This document shows positions 1 to 9,521 of a stretch of DNA of 64,000 nt, piece after piece; position 1 is the first letter of the stretch, and every line of letters begins with the position of its first letter. The position numbers and the translations under genes are program-made. The DNA comes from Bythopirellula sp. (GTDB taxonomy: Bacteria > Planctomycetota > Planctomycetia > Pirellulales > Lacipirellulaceae). The notes beneath the pieces are model-generated. The model was not told where the DNA came from and made no database searches. It was given only the letters and a program-made list of their open reading frames with translations. The stretch covers positions 4,288,001-4,352,000 of the forward strand of contig OZ244170.1 in the NCBI GenBank assembly GCA_965216565.1, read 5' to 3'.

Positions 1-1
1 G

Positions 2-2707
2 CATCTCACAGAGTGTGAGAGCTTGGTGCTTCGGGCCATCGAATGCGGCGCGTTAGTGGATCCTTGGAACGTTGTTGGATTTGCCGGGAATTTTAGCTTG
101 TTTCCGGCTCTGGAGAATTCGGTTCACGATTTCCGCGTTGACGAATTGGTGGATTTGGTCGAACAGGTACTCGACCTGGCCGCACGCGCGTGGAGCGAAT
201 CGGCTGCCAGAGACAACAGTGTTCTTGAGCAACAGTTTTCCGCCATCCTAAGCCGCATGGCTGCATGGTGGGATCAGTTTGCTACAACCACGGTGGAAGG
301 TATCCAGAGACTAGTAGCCAAGGAAATAGAAGTCTCCGCGAATCTTGTGGCCGGTTCGCTCAATGCTTGGCACAAAGCCGGGGCGGCCGCGGGTGACATC
401 GGTTTCTGGCGGTTATTCGTGGAGCAGTTCGACTCCTCCAAGGCGTTTCAGTTGGTGATCGAGGCGCTACTGGATCATCGCGACACAGTGGCCTCGATGG
501 CCCTGATGATGCAGTGGGTTAGTCAAAAAGACAGAACGCCATTGGAAGAAGGCGATGCCTCTTTCAGACGTTTGGCTTTCTCATGGCTGGCGACCGTGGA
601 GCAGCAGCAAGGGGAGCAGAACGAGGATTCTTGGCCCCAAGTGGCCAAGTTTTTCGCTTACCTAGAAGCCAACGCCGAAGAGTTTTGGGAAGTTCCCTCT
701 TTGATGCTCGATTCGTCACTCGGTTCGTTGTTTGACGAGGTCATTGACGACATCGAAGATGCCGAGTTTTTCGAAGATCAAGAAGACGATAGCGAAGTGA
801 TGGAAGAAGAGGACGAAGACGAAGGACTCTTTGAAGCGGCTTACGAAGAAATGGTTTTTCGCGATAGTTCCGACGATGGCCGAGAGGGAGACTTAGCAGA
901 CGACGAAATTGCTGCGTACGAAGATACCGAATGGGAGATGGAAGTCGAGCGGTTGCATCAGCGATTGCGATTCTTGACTACGGTGGCACGTTTGTGGAAA
1001 CATGCCACGATCACCTGGGGTTCGGTCAACGATTCGAATGCCGAGAAGACGGAAATTTTCGATCAGTGGCTAAATCAGTGCAGCACCAATTACCGGCAAT
1101 TGGTCGAATTGCTGGAAACGGTCCACGGGTATCGGTTGATGGAGCCTTCGGGCTCTCACGAGTCGCTTGTTGAATTCGATCGGATGCGGACGATCAAGGA
1201 AGGCCTAATACAGAAGATTCTCACCACCTGTGTGGAAACGAGTGACTCAGCTCGGTTGCTTGCGGCTGTGCAGGGGGAACGAGCGGGCGCGGCTGCCGAT
1301 GCGTTTGGAGAACCACTCAATCGCAGTTCGGTTTTGATTTTGCAGGCTGTACTCGATGGGGACGTGGAATCTGTTCGCAGCACCTGGCCCGATTTCGTGA
1401 AGTCGATCCAGCCGAGATCATTGCTATACCTGCCCCATTCAAGAGGCGGCAAACCTCGTCAAATTGTGGCCACGCGTGGACTGCAACAATTGCTACACGA
1501 CTTGTTGGGATGGCTGCCAGGGCTGGGCATGATTCGAGAGACTTGCCAACTACTGGAACTTGCCCAAGAGATGGAGCACGCCGATATGCAGCGCGAGCAT
1601 CCCATCGGCCCAGGTGCGGTGACCGAGTTCGATCGACTCTTCGCTAACGGCTATCAGGCAATTGTCCGCTCGATAGTGGCCTCGTCAGAAACTTGGAAAC
1701 CCTCCGACGATCGTTCAGGCTTCACCCACAAAGAGCACTTGCTGGTGGATGCTCTCCAGCAACTCACAGAGCGACAGCTGAATCATTGGTTACAGCACAG
1801 CCGCACCTTGCGGCTAAGTGTGGTGGAGCGACTTTCTGATGATACTAGCTGGAAGAGCTTCGTCGAGTTCATCAAACGTTATGGGGGCGACATATTTGAT
1901 CAGCGGTTCATGAGTTTTGGCAATCTACGCGGTATCTTGCACCAGAGCGTCGATATGTGGCTCGATAGTATGGCAGACAACCCCGACGCGGCAGAAGATA
2001 TCCGGCTTCTCGAAGACTTGGAAGAAGGTCATCCACGGGATCAAGTTGTCGACAAACTGACGACTACCATTGAGGCAGTCGTCGAAAACTACCAAATCTA
2101 TCGCGACTACAACACGACGACTACGCAGTCGGACCATGGCGAATTACTGTATACGCTGATAGATTTTTTGCGGCTTAAGGCAGCCTACGATCGTGTGGCC
2201 TGGAACCTTCGGCCAGTCGTATGGGCCCACGAGATCTTGGTGCGTCAACAGAAGTCACTGGCCTCGGAAATGTGGTGCCAAGCATTTGCGGAACGGACTG
2301 CCGAAGCCGCTGATGCCCACCTCAAACAACTCGCAGCGCTCTCGCAACAGTACGGCATGCAGTTGCCGACCATTGCAGATCGTATTGGTGAACGGTTTGT
2401 GCGACCATTATTGATCGATCGCGTGAAGGCGCTGATCGAACCAGCACTAACCGCCACGGGGGACGATCGGAAAGAGGCATTCCTGGCACTCGACCGCGAA
2501 ATAGAGAGTCTAGCGATCGAACCGAGTGGCGCAGGGCTTGTTCTCCCCGATTGGTTAGCGGCCTTGGAGGACGAAGTCACCGCCGCCCGCACTCGCTCCT
2601 CCCGCTTGCCCTCCCGCGACCGCCTGGGAGGACGCATCGGCCAAGTGCTACTCTCCTGGGACGAACTGCTCGCTCAGCTAGAAGAGCCTGGCGGTGACGA
2701 GGCATAG
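2..2707 (+). CDS. Large conserved hypothetical protein, 5'-truncated by the window edge; predicted helical with a long D/E-rich segment
   Basis: Frame is open from base 2 to the stop at 2707 (about 900 aa); acidic tract around aa 235-305; no catalytic motif recognised. Confidence 0.75.
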   Translation, partial: HLTECESLVLRAIECGALVDPWNVVGFAGNFSLFPALENSVHDFRVDELVDLVEQVLDLAARAWSESAARDNSVLEQQFSAILSRMAAWWDQFATTTVEGIQRLVAKEIEVSANLVAGSLNAWHKAGAAAGDIGFWRLFVEQFDSSKAFQLVIEALLDHRDTVASMALMMQWVSQKDRTPLEEGDASFRRLAFSWLATVEQQQGEQNEDSWPQVAKFFAYLEANAEEFWEVPSLMLDSSLGSLFDEVIDDIEDAEFFEDQEDDSEVMEEEDEDEGLFEAAYEEMVFRDSSDDGREGDLADDEIAAYEDTEWEMEVERLHQRLRFLTTVARLWKHATITWGSVNDSNAEKTEIFDQWLNQCSTNYRQLVELLETVHGYRLMEPSGSHESLVEFDRMRTIKEGLIQKILTTCVETSDSARLLAAVQGERAGAAADAFGEPLNRSSVLILQAVLDGDVESVRSTWPDFVKSIQPRSLLYLPHSRGGKPRQIVATRGLQQLLHDLLGWLPGLGMIRETCQLLELAQEMEHADMQREHPIGPGAVTEFDRLFANGYQAIVRSIVASSETWKPSDDRSGFTHKEHLLVDALQQLTERQLNHWLQHSRTLRLSVVERLSDDTSWKSFVEFIKRYGGDIFDQRFMSFGNLRGILHQSVDMWLDSMADNPDAAEDIRLLEDLEEGHPRDQVVDKLTTTIEAVVENYQIYRDYNTTTTQSDHGELLYTLIDFLRLKAAYDRVAWNLRPVVWAHEILVRQQKSLASEMWCQAFAERTAEAADAHLKQLAALSQQYGMQLPTIADRIGERFVRPLLIDRVKALIEPALTATGDDRKEAFLALDREIESLAIEPSGAGLVLPDWLAALEDEVTAARTRSSRLPSRDRLGGRIGQVLLSWDELLAQLEEPGGDEA

Positions 2708-2949
2708 TGTTTCGTTAGTCTGGACGAGCCATCCTCTAATCCCTCGCGACGACATGCCGCGAGAAAGACTAGCTTCTTGATACAGCCGCAAGATGCATGG
2801 TCCACTAGTCTGGAAGAAAGCCCGCAAAAACACTTCAACAATCAAACTTCACACATCAAACTTCCCCCACCCCACCCTTGCCGAACCTGCCTTCGGCCGC
2901 CATATTGGTAGTAGACGCTTGTTCATCTTTTGCGGTATGGAGACATTCT

Positions 2950-4209
2950 ATGAACAACTTGGTGACCTGCCCCCAGTGCAGTAGCGAATTTCAAATCGAC
3001 CAAGCTCTCTCGGCCCAGTTGGACGAAGAGATCCGTGGCCAGCTTCAGGCTGAGTATTCCAAAAAAGAGCAGCACCTGAAGAAGCAGCGCGACCAGCTTG
3101 CGCAACAGACCGAGCAACTTGCGAACAAGGAAGCAGAGCTGGCCGAGCAGATTAAGCAGGCCGTCCATAAGGAACGAGAATCGATCGCCGCCAAAGCCCG
3201 CGTAGAGGCTCAACAAGCGGTCGCCGTCGAGATCAAAGACCGCGACGAGCAGCTTAAAGACGTTCAGCAGCAGCTCAAGGGTTTTCAACAGCAGGAACTG
3301 GAACTCCGCAAGCAGAAGAGGCAGCTTGAGGAACAGGCTCAGAAGCAGGAATTGGAACTACAGCGTCGCATGGATGAGGAACGCAAGAAGGTCCGCGAAG
3401 CTGCCCTGAAGCAAGCCGATGAACAGTTTCAGCTCAAGCAGGCGGAGAACGAGCATGTCATCGAGGCTATGCGCAGACAGATTGACGAACTAAAACGCAA
3501 GGCCGAGCAAGGTTCGCAGCAGGTTCAAGGCGAAGTGCAGGAGATTGCGCTGGAGAATCTGCTAGCCGAGGCTTTTCCGGGCGATGTCATCGACCCAGTG
3601 GCCAAGGGCGTACGGGGTGCCGACGTCATTCAGCACGTGTTCGATGGCAATGGCCGCGAGTGTGGATCGATATTGTGGGAATCGAAACGCACCAAGACTT
3701 GGAACGACAAATGGCTGGGCAAAGCAATCGACGATCAGCAGGAAGCTCGGGCAAGTTGTGCTTGTATTGTTAGCTCGGCGATGCCGGAGGCGATTTCCCA
3801 CTTTGGCGACGTCAACGGAGTGTGGGTCGCCGGTTGGCCCTGTGCCCGCAGTGCCGCCATGGCGATGCGCCGTGTGCTGATCGAGACATTCCAAGCGCGT
3901 CGGGCCAGCGAAGGCCAGCATGGGAAGATGGAGCTGGTGTACGGCTACCTCTCAGGCACCGAGTTCCGCAATCGCATTCGAGGACTGGTCGAACCCTATA
4001 TCGAAATGCAGGCGGACTTGGAGTCGGAAAAACGTGCCTACAACAAACATTGGAATAAGCGACAGAAGCAACTCGACCGGGCGATCACCAGCACGACCGG
4101 TCTCTACGGAGATTTGCAGGGCATCATTGGCAATGGGATGCAGGAGATCGAGGGCATGGATTGCCTGGCGATCGATACTGCCGAGGCTACGTCGCCAGCT
4201 CGGGACTGA
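2950..4209 (+). CDS. DUF2130-family protein (N-terminal CxxC, long coiled coil, C-terminal PD-(D/E)xK-like domain)
   Basis: MNNLVTCPQC start after GGAG; Q/E/K-rich coiled coil; GSQQVQGEVQE, GADVIQ and ILWESKRTK motifs. Confidence 0.85.
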   Translation: MNNLVTCPQCSSEFQIDQALSAQLDEEIRGQLQAEYSKKEQHLKKQRDQLAQQTEQLANKEAELAEQIKQAVHKERESIAAKARVEAQQAVAVEIKDRDEQLKDVQQQLKGFQQQELELRKQKRQLEEQAQKQELELQRRMDEERKKVREAALKQADEQFQLKQAENEHVIEAMRRQIDELKRKAEQGSQQVQGEVQEIALENLLAEAFPGDVIDPVAKGVRGADVIQHVFDGNGRECGSILWESKRTKTWNDKWLGKAIDDQQEARASCACIVSSAMPEAISHFGDVNGVWVAGWPCARSAAMAMRRVLIETFQARRASEGQHGKMELVYGYLSGTEFRNRIRGLVEPYIEMQADLESEKRAYNKHWNKRQKQLDRAITSTTGLYGDLQGIIGNGMQEIEGMDCLAIDTAEATSPARD

Positions 4210-5002
4210 GTTCTGCGTGTGCCGACCGAATAGTTGCCGAGTCGATGATTTCCGGTGCCGAGATCGATCCCAAGAGCAGTGCATGATCGGCGAGCCGACT
4301 TACTTGTCGCGGCACGCCGCCTGCTATGCGATGAATCTCTGCAAGCGATTGGTCGTCGAATAGTGGCTGCTGACAGCCGGCCTCTACCAGGGCCAGTTGC
4401 AGATAGCCCACGGTATCGAGCTCGTCCCAAGGTTCCAGTTCGATGCGGAGATCAATCAAGTCACACATTGCTGCCCCCAGTCTATCGGTTTCCTGTTCGT
4501 GACAGGTAAGCACCAGGCTCGGCGGGGAAGCGAGCGCGCTGCAATGCTTGACTAGTCGCAACAGTTGCGACATCACGTCGGGTCCGGCTTGGTGGGCATC
4601 GTCGAGTAGTAGAACGGTCGAAGCACCTTGGACACTGCTTTCAAATAGGCGGTCGGCAAGATTGCGATATAGGTGAGGGAGGTCGTGCCCAGGCGGCATG
4701 TGGCATCCCAGCGTTGTCCCAAGCTGTGAGTAGAAGTCTCTCGTACTGAGGCCTTGCAAGCTGAGCTGGGCGACAGACGCATTGCTCCGACGACAGTCAG
4801 TCGCAAACGATTGGAGCAGTAGCGACTTCCCCAGGCCAGCAGCTGCAGTCACGAAGGCCAGCTTGCCGCTAGAGCGAATGTAGCGAAGTCGAGCGAGTGC
4901 TTCGCGTTGGCTGGCCCCTTCGAAGAATAGGCTGTTTTGGAGCCCACCGCCAAACGGCGAATTCTCCAAGCCCCAATTTGATGATTTCAAATGATCAGCC
5001 AC
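4187..5002 (-). CDS. ExeA/GspA-family AAA ATPase
   Basis: N-terminal WGLxxxPF, Walker A AAAGLGKS, Walker B LLLDDAH, GGVPRQV; GTG start inferred from an upstream AGGAG. Confidence 0.8.
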   Translation of the reverse strand: MADHLKSSNWGLENSPFGGGLQNSLFFEGASQREALARLRYIRSSGKLAFVTAAAGLGKSLLLQSFATDCRRSNASVAQLSLQGLSTRDFYSQLGTTLGCHMPPGHDLPHLYRNLADRLFESSVQGASTVLLLDDAHQAGPDVMSQLLRLVKHCSALASPPSLVLTCHEQETDRLGAAMCDLIDLRIELEPWDELDTVGYLQLALVEAGCQQPLFDDQSLAEIHRIAGGVPRQVSRLADHALLLGSISAPEIIDSATIRSAHAELSPELAT

Positions 5003-5126
5003 TTGAGCGTTGCTCCTTGAGAAGTGAGAATTCCTAACTAGCATCGGCTATTTGGCAACTGCAACTTTGTGTTTGCGGCCCAGAAGCCATTGCATGCTCC
5101 AACTTGCTAGCCCCGCTATCATTGCC

Positions 5127-5816
5127 ATGCTCGATCGGTACTTCAGCGAAGAGAAGATAAATGCCCCGGCGGTAACGCTAGGGGGAAGTGAGGCGCATCA
5201 CCTGCTACATGTGATGCGAGCTCAACCAGGGCAGAAAGTCACACTGTTCGACGGCCACGGAGGCGAGTTTGCATCGGAGGTTTCGCGCTGTGGGCGAGCC
5301 GAGGTGGAGCTGTCCGTAGGCCCTCGACAGGAAATCGAGCGAGAGCTGGATTTTCAGCTTACGTTGGCAGTGCCGCTGCCTAAGGGCGACCGACAGCGGT
5401 GGTTGGTCGAAAAGTCTGTCGAAATGGGGGTCACGCGTCTACTGCCGCTGAGCACTGCGAGGAGTCAGCAAAATCGTTCCGAAACGCCCGCCAAGCTCGC
5501 CCGTTATGTGATCGGAGCCAGTAAGCAGTCTGGCCGGAATCGGCTCATGGAGATTACTGCGCCGGTTAGCAATTCAGACTTGTTAAAGCAACAGGCCACC
5601 AGAAAAATTCTTGCGCATCCTGGGGGAGTGAGCCTCTCGGATCTGGATTCCGCATCCACGGCAGACACAATTCTCGCCATCGGCCCGGAAGGTGGATTTA
5701 CAGACGAAGAGGTAGCCCAGGCCAAGGAACAGGATTGGCAGGTCATTGGCTTGGGGGAACGCATCTTACGCGTGGAGACTGCCGCTGTGGCGCTGATAGC
5801 CAAATTACTGAATTAG
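5127..5816 (+). CDS. rsmE: 16S rRNA m3U1498 methyltransferase RsmE
   Basis: HHLLHVMR, EKSVEMG, IGPEGGF, LGERILRVETAA. Confidence 0.95.
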   Translation: MLDRYFSEEKINAPAVTLGGSEAHHLLHVMRAQPGQKVTLFDGHGGEFASEVSRCGRAEVELSVGPRQEIERELDFQLTLAVPLPKGDRQRWLVEKSVEMGVTRLLPLSTARSQQNRSETPAKLARYVIGASKQSGRNRLMEITAPVSNSDLLKQQATRKILAHPGGVSLSDLDSASTADTILAIGPEGGFTDEEVAQAKEQDWQVIGLGERILRVETAAVALIAKLLN

Positions 5817-5853
5817 CCCCAGGTACCCATAGAGGCTGAATGGGCACGGTTTG

Positions 5854-6498
5854 CTAACGAGACTCTTTGCTGGCCGCGTCGATGCTTGCCATTCGTTCTT
5901 TCGCCACTTGCTTTTGTGCCGCGTTACCGTGCTTAGCGATGCGTTGGTAGAAAATCTTGGCCACTTGCGGCTGGCCATTCGCCTCGGCACGTTCGGCACG
6001 AGCAAGATAGATTGTCGCGCGCTGCGATTCACCGGCAGGCCCCGGTTGAGGAATTACTAGCGGCCTGGCGACGAATGGTTCGTTATCGTGAGCGTGAACA
6101 GCCAATTCCTGTCTGGCGGGAGCGTGCCGCAATTTGCGCCGCTGATCCGCCTCGGCAAGCAGGGCCCGATCGATTTCGGAATGATCGATAATCGTCGCGC
6201 CTACCCAGAAATTGCTGGTTGTCGTAGAGCGTCCGAACGAACGATTCCCCAAATTGCGCTGCAAACCCGGCAAGTGACCGCCCAGGGGACTCCCAAAACT
6301 GCTCTTCCCTAGCGAAGAATTCGTCACGCCGCCCAGAAAAACGCCTCCACGGTCTGGCACCACCACTGTCGTCGAGACTCCCGTAACACGAAACGTGGGC
6401 AATTGCACTGTCACTTGGGCGTGGCAGAACATATTCGCCACGCATCCTTGCCAGAGGAATAGCGCAGCAGCGGGAAGCAACCAACATGTACGGCTCAT
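5854..6498 (-). CDS. Secreted hypothetical protein with a secretin-like segment and a C-terminal TPR-like helix pair
   Basis: Signal peptide; TVQLPTFRVTGVSTTVVVPDRGGVFLGG resembles the C-terminal secretin motif. Confidence 0.6.
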   Translation of the reverse strand: MSRTCWLLPAAALFLWQGCVANMFCHAQVTVQLPTFRVTGVSTTVVVPDRGGVFLGGVTNSSLGKSSFGSPLGGHLPGLQRNLGNRSFGRSTTTSNFWVGATIIDHSEIDRALLAEADQRRKLRHAPARQELAVHAHDNEPFVARPLVIPQPGPAGESQRATIYLARAERAEANGQPQVAKIFYQRIAKHGNAAQKQVAKERMASIDAASKESR

Positions 6499-6669
6499 AG
6501 AGATCGCAATTCGATAGGCAAGGTGTTCCGTCTCAAACGTCACCACTCAGCCTACCGAAAAACTCGATTTCCCGCGATCTGTTTTCTCGTAGTCCCCAGT
6601 ATTGAGAGACTGAACTAGGAGTTCGAAGCCGAAATGGCCGAAGCCGTTACCAAGAACTCAAACTACCAT

Positions 6670-6749
6670 TGTGAGCCGACGGCGCTAGCCGCGGGTATTG
6701 AAAGTATCACTCTGAAAATCGAAGCACCCGAGGTAGCGCCTACGGCTCA
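6670..6749. repeat. REP-like inverted doublet (family A)
   Basis: TGAGCCGACGGCGCTAGCCGCGGGT ... ACCCGAGGTAGCGCCTACGGCTCA; near-identical left arm recurs at 7805-7885. Confidence 0.8.
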
Positions 6750-6781
6750 AAATCTTCACAATAGCATTCCCGAAACTACTT

Positions 6782-7507
6782 CTAGACCCTTCGGTCTCTC
6801 CGCAGCAGCAGAGTGACGACACCAATGCCTAGAGTTGCCAGCGTCGTTGGTTCGGGGACGGCTGGCTGTGTGGTAAACACAATCGTTGCCGCCAGCTGGT
6901 TATTGTTATTGTAAGTGCTCAAGGTGTTTGGATGAGGAGCGGAAGAGCCTGGGTAGTCCAACAGCAATCCCGTGCCACTGTTGATTACGCTGACGCTTAA
7001 GCCAGGAAACAAGCTGGGGTCGACAATGCTGGCCGACGTAAGAATGCCTGGTACTCCATCGTTCCAATTGATGTCGGTCAGGCGAATCTCCCAGCCTTCC
7101 GGAGAACTGCTTGCCGGGGACCCACTCGTGTTGATCAACGAAACGTCGACAGAATTTGCGTCGATATCAACTTCCAGGTTGTACTCTCCGAGTTTATGGA
7201 ACACGAATTCGGGGAAGATGACATCGGGATCGAGCACCACGGCTGCGGGCTGAAGGCTCGAAGAAGCTGGAAACGCAGGGACGACGCAGGTAGGACAGCC
7301 AGCTTTGGGCGCTGGATCGAATAGATTCCCTAGATTGGGATCATTCTTAAAGATCATCTCGCCATCGATAAAGTCGCCCAGCAAAGTCGCCGAGGCCTGG
7401 GTGAGAGGGATAGTTAGCAGGGCGAACACCAAGCAGAGTTGAAGTACTCGCTGCAGTTGAATTCCTCGTCTTGACGCGAGGATAAGTGATTGGGTTTTGT
7501 GGTTCAT
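6782..7507 (-). CDS. PEP-CTERM sorting-domain surface protein
   Basis: Signal peptide; C-terminal VPEPTTLATLGIGVVTLLLRRDRR. Confidence 0.9.
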   Translation of the reverse strand: MNHKTQSLILASRRGIQLQRVLQLCLVFALLTIPLTQASATLLGDFIDGEMIFKNDPNLGNLFDPAPKAGCPTCVVPAFPASSSLQPAAVVLDPDVIFPEFVFHKLGEYNLEVDIDANSVDVSLINTSGSPASSSPEGWEIRLTDINWNDGVPGILTSASIVDPSLFPGLSVSVINSGTGLLLDYPGSSAPHPNTLSTYNNNNQLAATIVFTTQPAVPEPTTLATLGIGVVTLLLRRDRRV

Positions 7508-7771
7508 TAGACTTCTCCTACACAAGTATGCAATTCAGGTGTGATGGCTTTTGGAGTTGGGATAGAAAAGAAGTGCGCCGCTTCGCAGGCAGGCGAACCG
7601 AGGTGTCTATCCTTCGATCCTGATTGGCAAGACGGAAAGAGAAAGAGACTCTTCGCTGTGAAGAGTTCAATTTTGCGAAGCCCTGATCGGGCACTTCCTA
7701 CGACTGCTACGATCCCACAGCAAAGCGCCTTACCAGCAGTACAAACCGATGTTGTCTTTTCGCAACATGCT

Positions 7772-7906
7772 TAGAACCTGTTTCAGGAAACGAAAACAGT
7801 TCTATGTGAGCCGACGGCGCTAGCCTCGGGTAGCGGAGGTCTGGGTGTTATTCTGATGCTACCCGACGCTAGCGCGTTCGGCTCATTGGTCTTGAAACAG
7901 CTTCTA
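7772..7906. repeat. MITE-like element: 14-bp terminal inverted repeats enclosing a family-A REP doublet (7805-7885)
   Basis: TAGAACCTGTTTCA at 7772 and TGAAACAGCTTCTA ending at 7906 (1 mismatch); internal TGTGAGCCGACGGCGCTAGCC...GCTAGCGCGTTCGGCTCA. Confidence 0.65.
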
Positions 7907-7934
7907 GAAGAGATCATTGCGCTGCGTCGGCGCA

Positions 7935-9428
7935 TTAGAACATCTGGCTTTGGCCTTTAGCGAACTTCTCGATATAGTTATCGACTTTGAATTTGCGTCG
8001 GGTACTGTCGCTGGTCATGTATCGAATCTTGCCGAAGATGGGCCGCTCGGGCCCCCACGCTCGGTCGTATCGTCCCAACACCCAGAAGATGCCGCTGTAG
8101 CTGTTCGGGTTTCTGCCGTCGACCGCATACTTGTTGTTCAATTCGATCATGATCCGCAGCGCTTCCTGCGGCGAACTGCTCCAATGCAGGATCTTTTTCC
8201 CCCACAACATCCGCAGATAGTTGTGCATACGACCCTCGGTAACCAATTGCATCTGAGCGGCATTCCAAAGCTCGTCATGTGTTTCGGCTTTTTCGAATTG
8301 TTCTAGGCTGTAGATAAACTCGCGCTCATCGTCGGCGTGTTCGGCCAAGGTCTCCTGCGCCCAGTCGGGAAGCGAGCTGTAGCGTGTGTAATCCTCGGTC
8401 TTCGAGCACATGTTGTAGCCCAGTTCCCGCCAGGTAATTAGCTCGTCGAGAAAGCTCTCTGCGGCTTCCCCAGTGCCCCACCAACCCGATCGGCTGCCGT
8501 TGGCTTTGTGCGATAGTTTGTTGATGTTCCAGTCAACTTTATCCATTAGCTCAGAAAATACTTCGTGCACTGAAATATGTCCGAAATGCAAATAGGGCGA
8601 CAGCCCACTGGTGGCCTGCTTCTCTGGATGATTCCGCTGTTCGCCGTAATTATCGATTCGATCGGAGAGAAAGGTCTTGAGTGTCTCTTTGGCGGCTTGC
8701 TCCCCACCGTCAAACACGGCCGGTTCGACGGAGTGATCGATGGGGAAGTCTGCCAGGCACGCAGCATCCTCAGCAAGTGAGATCGGATCCGCTACAGGCC
8801 AACGCTCAGTGATCTCCTCCGGCAATTCGAACTTGCCCGCGTCGCCCAGTTCTTGGAGCGGATCTTCATCGGGGAAATCAGTGAGATAGTTTGGAAGTTC
8901 TTTCTGTAGATAGCGGCGCAAATCGTAAGCACGGGAGAAGACCTTGTAGGTAGCTCGCATGGGTAGCAGGCCATTGGAATCAACCACTTCGAACTTCACC
9001 GGCAAACGCTCGGCTACCTTGGCTTGCATACGTGGCAAAAAGAAGCAGGGAAAGTCGTCACTAACCACAACAGAGGCTTTGTTCGCCAGTGCCATCAACA
9101 GCCCGTGGTCCGCCCCAGGTTCTGGTTCAAGATACGGATAGTAGATTGCAGGCGTATCTTCCAGGCGACGGGCATTATCCGCCATACCTTGAATAACAAA
9201 CCAGTGGAATCGATCGCTAGCCCAGCGATAATCGCACCGCAGCGCTTCGAGAATTACCAGTGGCTTGCCGAGATCGCGGGCATACTCCGCAGTTCGCTGC
9301 AACGCAAAGTTCCAGCGTGTCCGGCGGTTGGCAACCATCCAATACAACACAAACTGGGCATCGCTATCCACTTCCAGGGAATTGAGCGCACGAACGCGTA
9401 GCTCGGGGACAGACGCTTCAGAGGACAT
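7935..9428 (-). CDS. phrB: Deoxyribodipyrimidine (CPD) photolyase, class II
   Basis: VLYWM, SGLSPYLHFGHIS, WNAAQ, GRMHNYLRMLWGKKIL, DGRNPNSY, IFGKIRYM. Confidence 0.92.
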   Translation of the reverse strand: MSSEASVPELRVRALNSLEVDSDAQFVLYWMVANRRTRWNFALQRTAEYARDLGKPLVILEALRCDYRWASDRFHWFVIQGMADNARRLEDTPAIYYPYLEPEPGADHGLLMALANKASVVVSDDFPCFFLPRMQAKVAERLPVKFEVVDSNGLLPMRATYKVFSRAYDLRRYLQKELPNYLTDFPDEDPLQELGDAGKFELPEEITERWPVADPISLAEDAACLADFPIDHSVEPAVFDGGEQAAKETLKTFLSDRIDNYGEQRNHPEKQATSGLSPYLHFGHISVHEVFSELMDKVDWNINKLSHKANGSRSGWWGTGEAAESFLDELITWRELGYNMCSKTEDYTRYSSLPDWAQETLAEHADDEREFIYSLEQFEKAETHDELWNAAQMQLVTEGRMHNYLRMLWGKKILHWSSSPQEALRIMIELNNKYAVDGRNPNSYSGIFWVLGRYDRAWGPERPIFGKIRYMTSDSTRRKFKVDNYIEKFAKGQSQMF

Positions 9429-9521
9429 AGACCAATGTGGGGAATGGTGTGAACGAATTTAGGAGATAGTTTTCTCAACCGTAAACTGAGGTTGAGAATA
9501 ACGCCTTTCACCTAGAATCGT

